Shown: one piece after another, positions 24,219 to 39,472 of the stretch
Layout of the letters: every line of letters starts with the position of its first letter
How positions within the stretch are numbered: the stretch's first letter is position 1
Source of the DNA: Felis catus
Lineage: Eukaryota
Reading direction: 5' to 3'
DNA length: 64,000 bases
NCBI RefSeq assembly: GCF_018350175.1
Contig: NC_058368.1
Coordinates: 139,750,001 to 139,814,000, forward strand
The notes under the pieces: model-generated
Databases searched by the model: none
Told to the model about the DNA's origin: nothing
What the model saw: only the letters and a program-made list of their open reading frames with translations
Translations under genes and position numbers: made by a program

Positions 24219-25760
24219 ATATTGAACATTTTACCATTGAACATTTTATTCTTACTTGCAACTTGTTACTTTATAGTCAACAAATCTCTAGTTCTTCATT
24301 AAGTTTACAAATTCATTTAGTGAAAGACAAGTGCAATAATTCCTTCCCAAGTGACATTTCCTTCATATGAATTTGGAATATAGACTAGTTTACTTCTTTA
24401 CACATTTTGGATAACCAAGAGAATTTCACTTCTATTATACATCAATCAGAAATCAGTCCTGTTACAGATCATTTTAAAATGAGAAATTAGGAATGAAATC
24501 AGAAAGTGATTTTTTTCATAATTACATTTTATAATAAATATAAAAACATATTTATAAGGGCTCTCAGAGGTTCTCACAAACCTATGTTAGCATAATAATA
24601 TTTCAGCACTTAAACACTTTGTTGGCATTGGACTGCTATATTTGATTTTGGTAACTTCTACAACTTCATATATTTGTAGTTTACCTCCTGGGATATTCAA
24701 ATACCTTGTGAGCCTTCGTAATTAAAATTTATTCTAAGTTCTATGAAGAATATTAGCTGGGCAGAACAAGCCTGCAGGTTTCATTATCTTCAGGAAAATG
24801 ATATCACAGTATTATCTTCTGTGTTAAAAGAATTCTTTAAAATTTGATTATCCCTTTTATTTTTTTATTTAGAATTCCTTTATGAATAAGCATGTGGCTC
24901 ACTTTAACAATATTTAGTGTAAGATTCAAGGTGTTAGTTTCTGTATAGGACTTTTAAGTGGTGGTATTTCATTTCTTGACAGTTATGTTTATACTTTACA
25001 CAGATCTATAAAAAAGGATAAATTGTATGCTCACTTTATTTTTATTGTAACCCTTTAGAAAGAAGTAATTCAAAAGATTAATGTGTATTAAAGCATCTCA
25101 TTCATCTTAGTTATATTTCTATCACATTTTTGTTAATATTAATGAAAGAAGATAGCTTAATAGTGATCATTGTAGTTACTGCAAATACTTTTGTGCTATT
25201 AATAGAATTTTTTTCAAAAAACAATTAATTTAAACGTGAAATGGAAGCCATTTTCTGTTACTCCTTTAAAGAACTGAATCTTTTGCCTCTTATATTTTTG
25301 TTGTCTCTTTTCCTACTTTTCATATGTTATAGCTCATTATCTGAATTTATAAAGAAATAATATTTTAGGAATAGGTTAAATTAGAATCTCATACAGCTTT
25401 TTGCCAAAGTGGTAACTGACTTTAAATTATTGTATTATTATATTTATTATGCCAGTCTCAGGCCTAATTATTATCATATGTTATGGCAAGTTCAGAGTTC
25501 TTATGTGATTTATATATCTCAGTTCTGTACAAAATTAAGTTTAGTAAAGCACTGATTTAATGTCTTGAAAAGTTAATAGTATCATGTTTTGTTTTTTCCA
25601 TCTTGCCTCAGATTTATTTTTACTGTATTTTCAACTTTAAATATGAAATTATTTTCAGCTACGTGATTCATGTAATTGAATGTTATCATTTAGTAATATT
25701 TAATAATAATTTAAAATAAAATTGGAAGTGTTTCATTGATCTTTTAGCCAATAAAAATGG
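24219..25760 (+). other. POLK: Probable POLK AT-rich 3' UTR with candidate poly(A) signals
   Basis: AATAAA at 24533-24538, 25715-25720 and 25750-25755, the last followed by a T-rich downstream tract; true end not determinable. Confidence 0.55.
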
Positions 25761-25989
25761 TTTTCTTACTTTTCTACTCTTTTCCCACGTCTGATTCTTT
25801 GTCTTTGATTCTCTTTGCCCCGAATTCTCTCCACATTTTCTTCTATTTAATGTATCCAACTTATTTACTTTTCATTATGATTTTGCTTTGGGGTATTTTT
25901 AGGAAATACAACAAAACTACAAAGAATAACCACCTATGATCTTATCTACTTATCCTATGACTTAGAGGGTCAGAACATAGGGAACCACC

Positions 25990-27810
25990 TGAGAGAACAT
26001 ATTTGCAACACATTTAACTGGCCCAAACTAGTATCCAGAATATATAATCCAGAAGGTAAAAATGACTCCTCTGTATTAGTAAGAAAGAGACAGATAGCCA
26101 ATAGAAATTTGGACAAAAGACTTTAAATGTCACTTTACATAAAAAGAAGTCCAAATGGCCACGAAATATGAAAAATTCTCAGCCATTTTAGAAATAGGGA
26201 AATAAAAAATAAAACCACAAAGAAGTATCACTACATCCCTACCAGATTCACAAAAATGAAAAGATCCAATGATATTAAATTTTGGTGATGTTGTGGAGCA
26301 ATGTAAACTCTACTTTTGTAAACAATCACTTTGGAAAACAGTTTGCCCTTCTTCAATAAATTTGAAGATATGTACACTTAACCTAGCAACTGCACTCCTA
26401 AATAAACACCTTTGTTGGTTTTCTTCCATTTGCTCTCCAAATTACTGGCCAAATTATTGGCCCTTGACCATGCTTTTGTCTAGTAAGGGGCCATGGCAAT
26501 GGGGAAACCACTACAGGAGATTTCAGGGAGGAAAGCAGATGAAGTTGGGTATTTATTCCCACATGTAAGTTTGGTATGATCATCTTGAGCAGGTTAGGTC
26601 CCTTGACCGAAGGTCACAACTGTTTTTTTTGTGTTTTTTGTTTTAATGTTTATTTTTGAGAGAGAGCATAAGTGAGGGAGGGGCAGAGACAGAGACAGAG
26701 ACAGAGAGACAGATGTTCCAAAGCAGGTTCTGCACTGAGACTGAGTGTGCAGAGCCCAACAAACTCACGAACCTTGAGATCACGACCTGAGCTGAAGTCC
26801 GATGCTTAACTGACTGAGCCACCCAGGTGCCCCTAGTCACAACTTCTTTATACTGTGTTCTCTGCTCTCTTCAGTTTCTGATAATCCTTTCCTTCCTTCA
26901 CCCCATCAGCCTGGGAGTGGCAACAGAGCCTTGCTGTTATTAGTTTTGGGGTGCTGCGGTATCTTTTGTGGTTCCCCCACACCTTTGTAAATGGTCCTTA
27001 AATTCATCTCACAATACAAACGTTTTTCCTGCCCAGAGCCCTAACTGATACAATGTCTTGGGGAAAATATTGAACATGTTCCTTAGGAAGTATGTACAAG
27101 AATGCTCCTAGGGTCCCCTCCCTACGGAAAATAAAAAAACAACTTCAATGCAACCTGGCTATAAGCATACATGACAACATCCCTCACAACCTTGTGACAT
27201 GAGACCACTTAATCAAAGAAGTAAAAAATAGTAAAGAACTATGCCACGTGACGTTCGGGGCTCAGTTCTTCAGGTACAAACCCAACTGAGCAATGCCAGC
27301 ATGAAGAAAGTTGCCTCCTGGAAAGAAAAGCCTCGGTATCACGACTCTGTGTAAGAATCCTGCTAAACTAGCAGCACTGTAATAGCCAAAAATGGAAAAT
27401 AAACCAGATATTAATTTAATTCTACCATTGTATATTCATATCTATTCAAACAATTCAATTCTATACAGTGGCAAAAATGAAGGCAGTAAGCCAACAGTAG
27501 ATGAATATCACAAACAATCTAGAGTAAAAGAAGTAAGTCATAGATGGCAAGTCATGGCATGCCATCAGCATGAATACATTTGTAAGCAGTGCAAAATAGT
27601 TAAAACTGTTGTGTTGAGGATTTATCCATATGAGATCAGATTACTAAGAAAAGCAAGTATGTTACTGTCCTGAAAGTTAGAATAAAGGTTTCTTCTCTAG
27701 GGAGATAGTGAAATGTGACTGGGGAGTGGTACATAGAGCTGCTGGGATACTATCAGTGTTCCATTTCTTGGGTGGTTGATTGCATGGAGGTTGCCTTTAA
27801 AAATATTCTT
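25990..27810. mobile_element. Nested repeat cluster: old L1 (+) interrupted by an ERVL-type LTR (about 26410-27052, itself holding a SINE at about 26625-26833) and a second short LTR-like insert (about 27112-27368)
   Basis: L1 motifs on both sides (atatttgcaacacat, aagaatgctcctag|cagcact); LTR end ccctaactgataca; SINE TSD gtcacaact. Confidence 0.6.
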
Positions 27811-27812
27811 TA

Positions 27813-28018
27813 GGGGCACCTGGGTGGCTCAGTAGGTTGAGCGTCCCACTCTTGATTTTGACTCAGATCATGATTTCATAGTTTGTGGGGTCGAGCCCCA
27901 CATCAGGCTCTGTGCTGACAGCATTCAGCCTGCTTGGGATTCTCTCTCCTCTCTGCCCCTTCCCCTGCTCACTTGCACACACACTCTCTCTCTCAAAATA
28001 AGTAAACATTAAAAAAAT
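27813..28018 (+). mobile_element. Can-SINE
   Basis: ggggcacctgggtggctcag head, A-tail. Confidence 0.9.
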
Positions 28019-29964
28019 TCCTTAAGCTGTGCATACATATTTTATACACACTTGTTCATATGTGACCCAAAATCATAATAAAAAACCAATTCACAAAGTT
28101 CCTGAAAATTTAACAATCTGATCCTGCAAGCCAGTACAAGCTAGCTGCTACATATCATTCTCCATGATACACTCCAAACATAGGCTTGGCATTCAAAGCC
28201 ATTCAAGTCCAACTGCACAGCTTATAGTTTCCTGAATAGACCAAGCTATTTCTCCCCTCTGGTATGAAGCTTGCTCCCTCTGTCCTGAATGTGCTTCCTG
28301 AATGTGTTTTTGCTGTCTCCCACCATTCACAACTACTCATCTTTCAACTCAGTCCAGGGGCTGCTTTCAGGACAGGGCCCTGCCCTCTGGAAAAGCTGAT
28401 CAGTCATCCCTTTGTGCTTCCATTTCTCTATGAGGACACTGAAACATTCTTCACTATGGCTTTGCTGTGGTCTTGTCCCACTAGACTGTAGATTGCTAGA
28501 GATCCTAGGCTGTCTTCACTGATCTCCAAATTCTAGGTGTGAAGTATATGGCGTGGCGCTTAGTGCTACTATCATTTGATGACCTATAAATGAATAAAAA
28601 ATATGTAACCAAAGAGTGGTGTCTATTACTATCTTACTGTTTTTCTCTGGGAAGACAGGTGGTGGCTGATGTAAGTGGCTGCACTCAAGCTGGGCTCTAA
28701 GGGATGGGCCTTCCAGAAAGAAGGAATTGTATTTGTTTTCCTTTATTGGACATTGGCTTGCGTTATAAATGTTTTATCACTGTGTGTGGCCTTTTGGGTG
28801 GCTTGGAAGTATTTGGAAGAAGGCTCCAAATGTTACTATTAACCTAAGGCTTAAAAAAACGCTTTTTGAGGAAATATTCCATTTTGAAAACCATACTTGG
28901 TGCCTAGTGCTGATTTTTTTTTTTTTTTAAGTAATATTCCATTTTGAAAAGTGGTAATAGATTTGAATATACCTGGTGCTGGTAGGATTTTAGTGAACTT
29001 CACATAGCAATGGAGTTTATTTCCCTGGAGCAAAAACTGTTCTTTTGTTGTATAATTCAGGGATAATCACTTTTGCTTTGTAATGCAGAGCAAAACAGTT
29101 GGATTAACAGTTGTTCAAGAAAAACTCAAATGCTATTATGGTGAGTAATGGAAACATTCCATTTGTTAAGCAAACCATAATATTGAACTGTTCTTACAAA
29201 TGTGATGTAATTTCTAATTGTTGCTCAGCGAGACTGAAGATAATTCAGAGGCAAATAGTGTTAACGCTTTACTTCTAACCCGTCTTTTTTTATTATGATT
29301 TCAAACTCCTAAAACATTCATATACATAGATATACATACCTTAGATATGTGTGCACACACACACAACCTCTACCAAACCCTTGTCTATTGCAATCTGTCT
29401 ACCCTTGTAAGACCTCTTGAAAATGTCCACTTCTTTACATTTTTTTCATTAGCTTATTTCTCTTTAAATCATCTTGTGCATTTTTATAGACAATGCTCTC
29501 TTATGCGTGTGTGCGTGTGCGCGAGCTTGCGCACGCGCATGCGTGTAAAAAGGTGGGTCAGTTCTGGGGTCAAATCTAGTTCTGTTTTATGAGGACTTAG
29601 GTTTTTGGGTTTTTTTTTCACTCCTAGAATGTGCTAATGTGAGATGTGCCATTGTTTGGTTTTATTTTGTAACCCGTTGAACCCAACTGTGCTCAGGTGC
29701 TGTGGATTCAGGGCAGAAGTTCCGGTTGTCCTCCAATACTGTTTTTCTTCACTATTACTAGAATTTCAGCTAGGCACACGGTTGTCCTGAATAGATTACT
29801 CTATTGGATCAATTTTATAAACCGCTAAGAAATAATACCCAAGACGGGGAGTCCAGCAGCTCACGACTGCATTAAAATGGGATACCAAGGTTTGGGAGAA
29901 GAAACTGAGAGACTTTATTCCAAGGAAAATTCTGGAAGCCCATTTAGGAGTGATTTAATACTGA

Positions 29965-30744
<780 letters not shown>

Positions 30745-31149
30745 TGACTCATGCAATGATTTATTGTGTGACTTTAAATCACTTAATCTTTCTGTGCTTA
30801 GGTGTTTGAAAGCATGGGATGGGTCTTTTGTGCCTTGAGATTAAATTTATAGCATAAACTGAGATTGTTCAAGAATCTTTAAAAGTTGAGAATGATTTCC
30901 AGACTGTTAACAGAGCACCAGTTCCTTAATAATGTTTATTTAGTTCGTCCATCTGTCCATTCATTCATTCTAGAAATATTTTCAAGAGCTTACTACTTAC
31001 TGGACATATTTTACATGAGTATGAAGTCGGAGCATGACAGCCCTTCTGGTTTTGGTGGAGGGTTGATAGACGAAAAAATTAGTAACAGAATAAGAAGTTA
31101 TTTTAAAGCAGTGATCATTACTGCGGAGGCCACATAGCCTAACCCCATT

Positions 31150-33190
31150 TTAGGAAGTTTTTCTCCTGTGTCTTCTTCTAAAAGTTTTATAGTTTTATGT
31201 TTTACGTTTTCCTCTATGATCTATTTCGAGTTAATTTTTGTGTAAAGAATGAAGTTTAACATCAAGGCTCATTTGTTTTGTTTTGTTTTGTTTTGTTTCA
31301 TTTTGGACGTCCAGTTGTTCAAATACCATTTGTTGCAATGATTATCCTTTCGCTGCTGTCACAGACTTTACACCTTTGTCAAAAATCAACTGGCTATATT
31401 TGTGAGAGTTTATTTCTCGACTCTGTATTTTGTTCAATCCATCTGTGTGTTTCTCTGCCAATACCATGCTGTATTGATTATTGTAGATTTATAGTAAGTA
31501 TTGTGACTCTTCCAATTTTATTCTTCTTTTTCAAAATTGTTTTGGTTATTCTAGTTCTTTTGCCTGTCCATATAGGTTTTAGAATCATCTTGTCTGTAGC
31601 TACAAAATATCCTTTTGGCATTTGATTGAATTGCATTAAATCTATGGGTCTATTTCATATAATTGACATCTTTATTACATCTTCCAATTCATGACATCAT
31701 GTATCTTCATTTATTTAGGTATTCTTTAATTTTTCTCATCAGCATTTTGTGTTTTTTTGGTATTAGAGAAACTGGAACTTTTGTTGGATTTATATACTTT
31801 TAAGTATTTTGATTTTTGATCATTTTAATTATAATTTTTAAAATGGTATTTTTAAATTTTGGTTTCCATTTGTTTATGCCAGTATATAGAAAGATGGTTG
31901 ATATTTATGTGTTGACCTTGTATCCTACAACTTTGCTAAACCCACTTATTAGTTCTAGAGCTGCTTTATACATTCTTTTGGATTTTATATGCAGATAATA
32001 AAATTGTTTGCAACTAGACTAGAGACATTTCGATTTCTTGCCAATCAGTATGCGTTTTAATATACTTTTACTGCTCTGTTGTCCTGGCTAACACTTCCAG
32101 CACTGTGTTTAAGAGTTAGACTGGACATTTCTGTTTGTTCCTGGGTAAAGAAAGCATTGACATTTTTATGAGTAAGTAGAATGTTAGCTGTCAGTTTTTT
32201 GTAAATGCTCTTTATCAGGTTGAAGAAGTTCCCTTCTATTCCCAGTTTGCTGAGAGGGTTTTTTGGTTTTTGTTTTTAATCATAAATGGATGATGATTTT
32301 TTTAAAGTGCTTTTTCTGCATCAATTAACCATATAATTTTTTTTCTTTAGACTACCTGTATATACATTGCTTGATTTCCAAATAAGGAACGAATTTTACA
32401 TTCTCAGGATAAACCTTACTTGATGTGTTAAACTTTCTGTGTATCACGGGATGTGTTTTGATAATGCTTGTTCAGAGAGTTTTGCATCGATGTTTATGAG
32501 GGATATTGGCTTGTAGTTTTTTATTCTCATAATGTCTTTGGTTGTAGAATCAAGGAAATGCTGATCTCATAAGATGAGTTGGGAAGTTTTTCCTCTTCTT
32601 GTGTCAGGTTATCTATATAATCTTGAATGAATTTGGGTAGTTTGTGATTTTTGAGAAATTATTTCATTTCATCTAAGTTGTTGAATTTATGTGAATGGAA
32701 TTGTTCATAATATTCCCTTATTCCTTTCATGTGTGTGGGAACGGTAGTGCTGTGCTCTCTTTCATTCCTTACATTGGTAATGTGGGTTCTCTCTCTTTCT
32801 CTCTTTTTGGTCAGTGTTGCTAGAGGTGTATCGATTTTATTGATGTATTCAGAGAAGCAGCTTTTGTTTTCATTGATTTTCTCTATTTATCTTTTTTCAA
32901 TTTTATTGATTATTGCTCTTACCTTTGCAATTTTTCTTCTGTCTGCTTGACTTAGGTGTTTTTTACTTTTAGATTTTTACTTTCTTAAGGTAGGAATTTA
33001 CATTACTGATTTGCAAGCTTCTTTTCTAATAACTTAATGCTATGAAGTTCCCTCTTATAATGCTATGAATTTCCCTCTTAGCACTGCTTTAGCTGCATCC
33101 CACACATTTTGATATATTTTATTTTTATTTTTATTCAGTTCAAAATATTTTCTGATTTCTCTTGGGTTTTCCTCTTTCATATGTGGTTTA
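31150..33190 (-). mobile_element. Old degenerate L1 ORF2 fragment
   Basis: T-rich antisense L1 motifs (ggttgaagaagttcccttctattcccagtttgctgagag, agcactgctttagctgcatcccaca). Confidence 0.8.
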
Positions 33191-34214
33191 TATGTATGTA
33201 TGAGAAATTGGAAGTTTTGTTAATACTGAGCATACCACCCTTGGTAATATTGTTCTGGAGGTAGATGGTGGCTTCCCAATCCTCCCATCCACCCATCTAG
33301 CAAATATTTATTGAACACCTATTAGCACTAGGTACTGGAGTTATTCCAGCTTCCTCGTGGATATTGTATTCTGGTGAAGGAAACAGATACTGAGAATCTG
33401 TGTGTATCAAGTGATATGAAGAAAAAGTGAAGTAGGGCACAGGGGCAGAGAATGACGGGAGACAGGGGTTTGGATGGTCAGACATGATTTTTCAGAAGTG
33501 GTACCATTTGAGCAGAGACCTGAATGAAATGCAGGAGGCTTGTTTTTCTATCTCAGCATTATCTCCTCCTGTTTTGGCCCTCTTGCTTCATACTTAACCC
33601 AAATTTTGAAGGCATTAGAGTTTTTGACCCCTAAAAGTTTAAGTGAATGATACAGCTCTGTGTAATGTGTTGCTTGGTGCTGAACATTTAACATTTCCTT
33701 GATCTTATCCATTTCCAAAAAAATAAAAAAAGACATATATAGCACAGTACTCTAAATATTACTTAGCCAAGCTGAAAATTGGTATGTTTATGATTTGTAT
33801 CGATCATTTTTTCAACTCTGTCACTTACTAGCTGGAAGGTAGACAATGGTGTGTTGGTAAATGTTTAATTACCACCTCTCTGGGGGGACTAGTTCTGATT
33901 TGAAGTATTTTCCACTTTCCTTTGTGTAATACTTTCACCATAACTGATTTAAAGCTACAGTTTTTTCATTGGGAAGGGATACAGCCAGTTTATTAGTCTG
34001 TACAAACTGGCGTCTTCATACTGCTAAAGGTAGGTTTTATAATATCCATTTTACATTTGAATGTAAAAATTCAGAATTGTTACAAGGTTACTTAATTAGT
34101 AAATTGTGGGCAAGTCAGCAAAAATTTTGAGCCCTAGAAATTCCCATGTAGTTGGCTTGGGTTTAAGAATCTGGCATGGGTTTTTTGTTTTTTTTTTTAA
34201 AGGGATCCTGTTTA

Positions 34215-34432
34215 GGGGCACCTGGGTGGCACAGTTGGTTAAGCATCCAACTTCAGTTCAGGTCATGATCTCATGGTTTGTGGGTTCAAGCCCTGCATCG
34301 GGCTCTGTGCTGACAGCTCAGAGCCTGGAGCCTGCTTTGGATTCTGTGTCTCCCTCTCTCTCTCCGCCCCTGCCCCACTCATGCTCTGTGTGTCTCTCTC
34401 TCAAATATAAATGAAACATTAAAAAAAAAAAG
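34215..34432 (+). mobile_element. Can-SINE with TSD tttaaagggatcctgttta
   Basis: TSD visible on both sides. Confidence 0.92.
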
Positions 34433-34989
34433 TTTAAAGGGATCCTGTTTATTTTATTGTGAAGCCTGAGTTAGGAACCATTGATTTAATGGATTAAGAA
34501 TCTTGTATGGTGCTTCCAATTGGTCTTAGAAGTTGCCTCAAAATTAATTTTTCTTATAGATGTAGGAGAAAAGGGACAAGGTATTTGACTTCATGGACAG
34601 AATAGAATGTGTGTGCCATATTTCAGGACATCACAAGGTCTTGATTTGCCCTGGGACATACCCAAGAGGGAAAAGACCCAGAACTTGAAAACTGCACTCC
34701 CATTGGATTAATACATAGGGGCAAGGAGCTAGTGTCAGGGCCATGTGGGATCAAGGACAGAGTTGAGAAAAGTCTGGTTTAACTGACAGAATACATTAGC
34801 TAAAGCATCTGATAGAGTAAGCAGTTTGAATCTCCACTTCAGCAATACAGTTTCATATGGACACCCTGGACCTCTGCAGTGACTGAAAGCTTGGTGTTTG
34901 GATTCAGACTACCTGGAATAGTTCTATCATTTATTGTCTTTTAGACATGAGCAAGTGTTTTAACTTTTCTAAGTCTCATTTTCCTCATC

Positions 34990-35700
34990 TGGAAGATGGC
35001 AGTGATAATGTCTATTCCACCATGTTCTTAATTTCGTAAAAATTCCAGAGTGCTCCAACATTTAGAGATCAAGCAAAGGAGGAAGAGCCAGTAAAAGAGA
35101 CTGGAAAACAGGAGGTAGTCTATCAGAGGCATGGAGAAGAATGTTAAAAGGATGGTATGGCCCTTGGTGAAATCTGTCAAGAGTTTAATGCACACAAAGA
35201 AGGTGATGACTGGCTTTGGGCAAGATCGAGTGACCCTAATAAGCACAGATTCAGTGAAGTGATAGGAATGAGATCTGATTAGCATGGAGGTGAGATGAAA
35301 CAGGTGAGGAGGAGGAGAGTGGTTATAGAACACATAAGAATTTGGGGAGCAATGGGAGATTAAGAAATGGAGTGGCAGTTGGAAAGGATGTGAAGTTAAG
35401 AGAATGTTTTTTTCACTGAAGGTTTTATAGCAGCTCTGTATATGTTGAGGGGAATGGTCCACTGGAGAATGCAGAGAATGGGGTAATTTCCGTGAGATTG
35501 ACACATGAAATAATTGAAAAGACGAGAAGGGTGGGATCCAGAGCCCAAGGGAGCGGTTGGCCTTGGGTAGCCATAGGGCTGCTTCATTGAGTGTAAGAGT
35601 AGTAAAAGCAGAAAGTGTGGGTGTAAAAGTAGGTAGGTAGGTTGGTAGACTCAGGGGTGAGAAAATATGGAAAATACTATCTAATTGCTTATGTTTTCTC
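34990..35700 (-). mobile_element. L2 LINE remnant
   Basis: Purine-rich degenerate antisense L2 pattern; similar remnants at about 33290-33545, 37440-37960 and 62630-63310. Confidence 0.55.
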
Positions 35701-36059
35701 TATGCAGTATTATTAACTGAGAGTTACATATTGGTGATCATGGATACTAAAGTAGGCAAATTAGTAGATTAAAATATTTGAAAAGAAAGAAAAAGTCATG
35801 GAATTGAAAAATGGAAGCCTAGGGAAATGAAGTAGGATTGCTGTGATAAGATACTACATGAGATTAATGGGTAAGAATTTAGGAGTATGTTATTTATGGG
35901 TAGTATGTTAGCATGTGTAGTCAGGATAAACCAGATTTTCCTGCAGCAACAAATCACCCCTAAGTCTTGAGTGAATGAATATAATAAAGATCTACTCTTG
36001 CTCAGACAACATGTCCAACAGAAGGGTTTCTGCTCTACCTAGTTTCTCAGGAACCTATG

Positions 36060-36530
36060 TGTCAAGAACTGTAAAGAGGCCATGATTTTACTCTACTTGC
36101 AAGCTAACAAGTTAGCCTACCATGGCATCATGGATGCTAGCAGAAGACACTTCGGATCAGACACAGAGGATTGTAGTGCTCACAGTAGGAGCAGTAGCCA
36201 GCGTGTCAGCGTTTGTGTCATTTCTGCAAGCCCCATCTCCAAGGAGATGCAAAGCCCCTTGGGTTGTGTTACAGAAGAATCCTGCACTTAGGGAATCCAA
36301 ATCTTTTCTAATGGGCAGGAAGCATGCCTTACTCTCTCTCTCTCTCTCTGTCTTTTAAGGCAAGCCATAAGCAATCCAGCCCCATGCTCCAGAGATGCAT
36401 TTTTATCTGTCTTTTCTGATGTAGTTCACTGTGCACACATTCTGGAAAAGATGGTCTAGAGCAAAATCAGTCAGTGCTTCTGCTTATCAGATATAGAGAA
36501 ACATAAGAGACCTGTGGAGAATTGTCTCCC
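36060..36530. mobile_element. ERV-type solo LTR remnant
   Basis: Starts tgtcaagaactgtaaag..ctacttgcaagctaacaagttagcc, resembling a recalled eutherian LTR family start; family name uncertain. Confidence 0.55.
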
Positions 36531-36569
36531 AGTGCCAAACTAATTGAGGCACTGCCATCTTATGACCCC

Positions 36570-37172
36570 TTGTATTAGTTTGCTAGGGATACTGTAACAA
36601 AGTACCACAGGTAGGGTGGCTTAAACAACAACAATTTGTCTCAGAGTTTTTGAGCCTAAAAATCCTTGATCAAGGTGTCAGCAGACTTAATTTTCCCTGA
36701 GGCCTCTCTCCTCAGCTTGTAGATAGCCATCTCCTCCCACTGTCTCCACATGGTCTTTCCTGTGTCATGTCTGTTCCAAATTTCCTCTGTTAGAAGGACA
36801 CCAGTCATATTGGATTAGGGCCCACCCGAGTGACCTCATTTTAATTACCTCTTTAATGATTCTATCACCAGGGGTGTCTGGGTGGCTCAGTTGGGTAAAC
36901 GTCCAACTCTTGGTTTCAGCTCAGGTCATGATCTCACAGTTCATGGGATCAAGCCCCACATCTGGCTCTGTGCTGACAGTGGGGGACCTGCTTGGGGTTC
37001 TGTCTCTGTCCCTCTCTCTCTGCCACTCCCTTGCTCATCCTCTCTCTCTCTCTCTCAAAATAAATAAACAAATGTTTGAAAAAAAAAGGACCCTACATAG
37101 TCACATTTTGAGGTACTGGGTGTTAGAACTTGAGTAGATAAATTTTGAGGGAATACAGTTCAGCTACAACAC
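36570..37172. mobile_element. MaLR LTR (MLT1-like) with nested SINE (about 36871-37088, +)
   Basis: tgtattagtttgctaggg..taacaaagtaccacag..ggattagggcccacc..gaggtactgggtgttag. Confidence 0.8.
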
Positions 37173-38029
37173 TGCAGCATTTAAACACATGGCTTTGAGG
37201 GTTGATAAAATGGGAAGAGAGCACCTGGAGGGTGTCACAGAAGCTTTTCACAGTAGGTTCACTTTCAAGTAACCTACTATCCCCTCTTCTTCCAGTCCAG
37301 GGGACAGACCTCACCTTAACTGCACCCAGGCCAGGATGTATACTTACCCATGTGTTCAGAAAGGAGAGGAGAACTAGATAGTGATGAGCACTAGTCATGT
37401 CTCCCGCACCATGGTGGTGTGTTTCTCTCCAGTACTATTCAGCTGCTCAGGTGCAGAGGTGGAACAGGTAGCAGTTGAGTTTAATGTCAGAATTAGGATT
37501 CTGTCAGCTGGTCTGATGAGAAAAGAGAGTGGCAAGGGAAGTAAAGGTGTTTGTATAGAAGTGATTTCAGCGATGGACTAGAAGATCTAAACTGAGTAAA
37601 GAGCAGAGTAAGGGCCTAAGGGATGAATAATATGAAAAGCTGGTGAGAACAGTGGATGGGAGGACTTGATGAGGTTGCAGAATTTGGGGACTGGAAGAAG
37701 TAGAGCAGGTGAGGTGGATGGATGAGATGGTGGTCAGATAATGAGTTTCTTGAAGATGTCAGAGGTAATGTGGTTTCTGATGATGATGTCAAGAGTATGA
37801 CCCTGAAAAATGGGTGACTGAGATCAGGTGGATGGAAAGATTATTGTAAGTGAAAGAGTCAGGGTCAGATTTGTCATCTGTGTGGATGTTGAAGTTACTT
37901 AGAGTGGGGACAACAGGCAGAGTAGAAAGGAAGAGGGGGATCCAGGGGATAAAATGAATGTGTGTTTCTCCTGTGAAGATACTCCTAGTCTTTGATTAGA
38001 TTTGGTAGTACTCTAAAGAGTCTTTGACA

Positions 38030-38614
38030 GGGGTGCCTGGGTAACTCAGTTGGTTGAGCATCCAACTTCGGCTCAGATCATGAGCTTGTGGTTCATGGGT
38101 TTGAGTCCTGCATTGGGCTCTGTGTTGACAGCTCGGAGCCTGGAGCCTGCTTCAGATTCTTTGTCTCCCTCTCTCTCTGCCCCTCTCCCACTTGCTCTCT
38201 GTCTCTGTCTCTCAAAAATAAATAATATTAAAAAAAAATTTTTTTAAGTCTTTGTCAGATTGTGTTGTTGTTGTTATTATTATTATGAAACTACTTGGCA
38301 ACACATCCACAAAACCTCCTCCAGAGTTCTTTTTTTTTAGAGATGGTCTATTGCTTGATTCATTCTTGATATCATTTTTCATATTATTAATTGTGACTTT
38401 ATCCCCCAGTATTGGGGTTGTTCCCTGAGAGCCCTCCAGTTCCCCTACATTAAAAAAACTGGGGTGCCTGGGTGGCTCAGTCGATTGAGCCTCTGACTTC
38501 TTCTCAGGTCATGATCTTGCGGTTTGTAAGTTTGAGGCCTACATAGGGCTCACTTCCATCAGCGCAGAGCCTGCTTTGGATCCTCTGTCCCCATCTCTCT
38601 GCCCCTCCCCCCCT

Positions 38615-38649
<35 letters not shown>

Positions 38650-38700
38650 TCCCTCTCCCTCTCTCTCTCTCTCTCTTTCAAAAATAAACATAAAAAAAAA
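38030..38700 (+). mobile_element. Two Can-SINEs (about 38030-38245 and 38461-38700)
   Basis: SINE architecture; the second has a long (CT)n. Confidence 0.9.
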
Positions 38701-39307
38701 ACTTAATACATTCTGAAATCTTCCCTAGGCTAGTTAATAAAACCTGCCACCTGAATGTGTATTATGTGTGTGATATGTAGTGTTTATAGTAGGTGTGAAT
38801 CTCTTTTTATATAAATGAAACATGTTCATCCCTTTTAGACTTTGTGTATATTTATGTGATGTGCTACATTTTAAGGATTTTTTTCTGCTGGCCTGGCATC
38901 TGCACAGGCTTCTGCAGACAATTTTATCTCTTTAAGCTTGTATGGAGCATTTGGGCTCCTGCCTGTCTCATCTTTTACAAACATTTTATTAAAACAAAAC
39001 AAAACAAAACAAAACAAAACAAAACAAAGTCTGTGGCCACACTCCGATCTCCTAGAGGCAGAGACCACATTGCTGACTTCAGGGTGGTCCTTGGGAATGA
39101 TGTTTTGTTTGGGACCAGGAAATATTTTTAAGGGTGTGAAAATACTTGCATTGTGAGCACAAAGTGGAATCTTGATAATACAGCTTTGCAAAATATTGAT
39201 ACAAAGTTCTCATGTCCAGAATAGTAGAATGTGAAAGGGTGAAGGCTGTTTTTATTTAAAGTTACCAGGTTTGCGTGAGGTTTGCTTTTTTCCTTCGTCC
39301 CCCTTAA

Positions 39308-39472
<165 letters not shown>

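Noticed and set aside
35028..35504. 158-aa minus-strand ORF
   Set aside because: Lies in degenerate L2-like sequence; no splice or domain support
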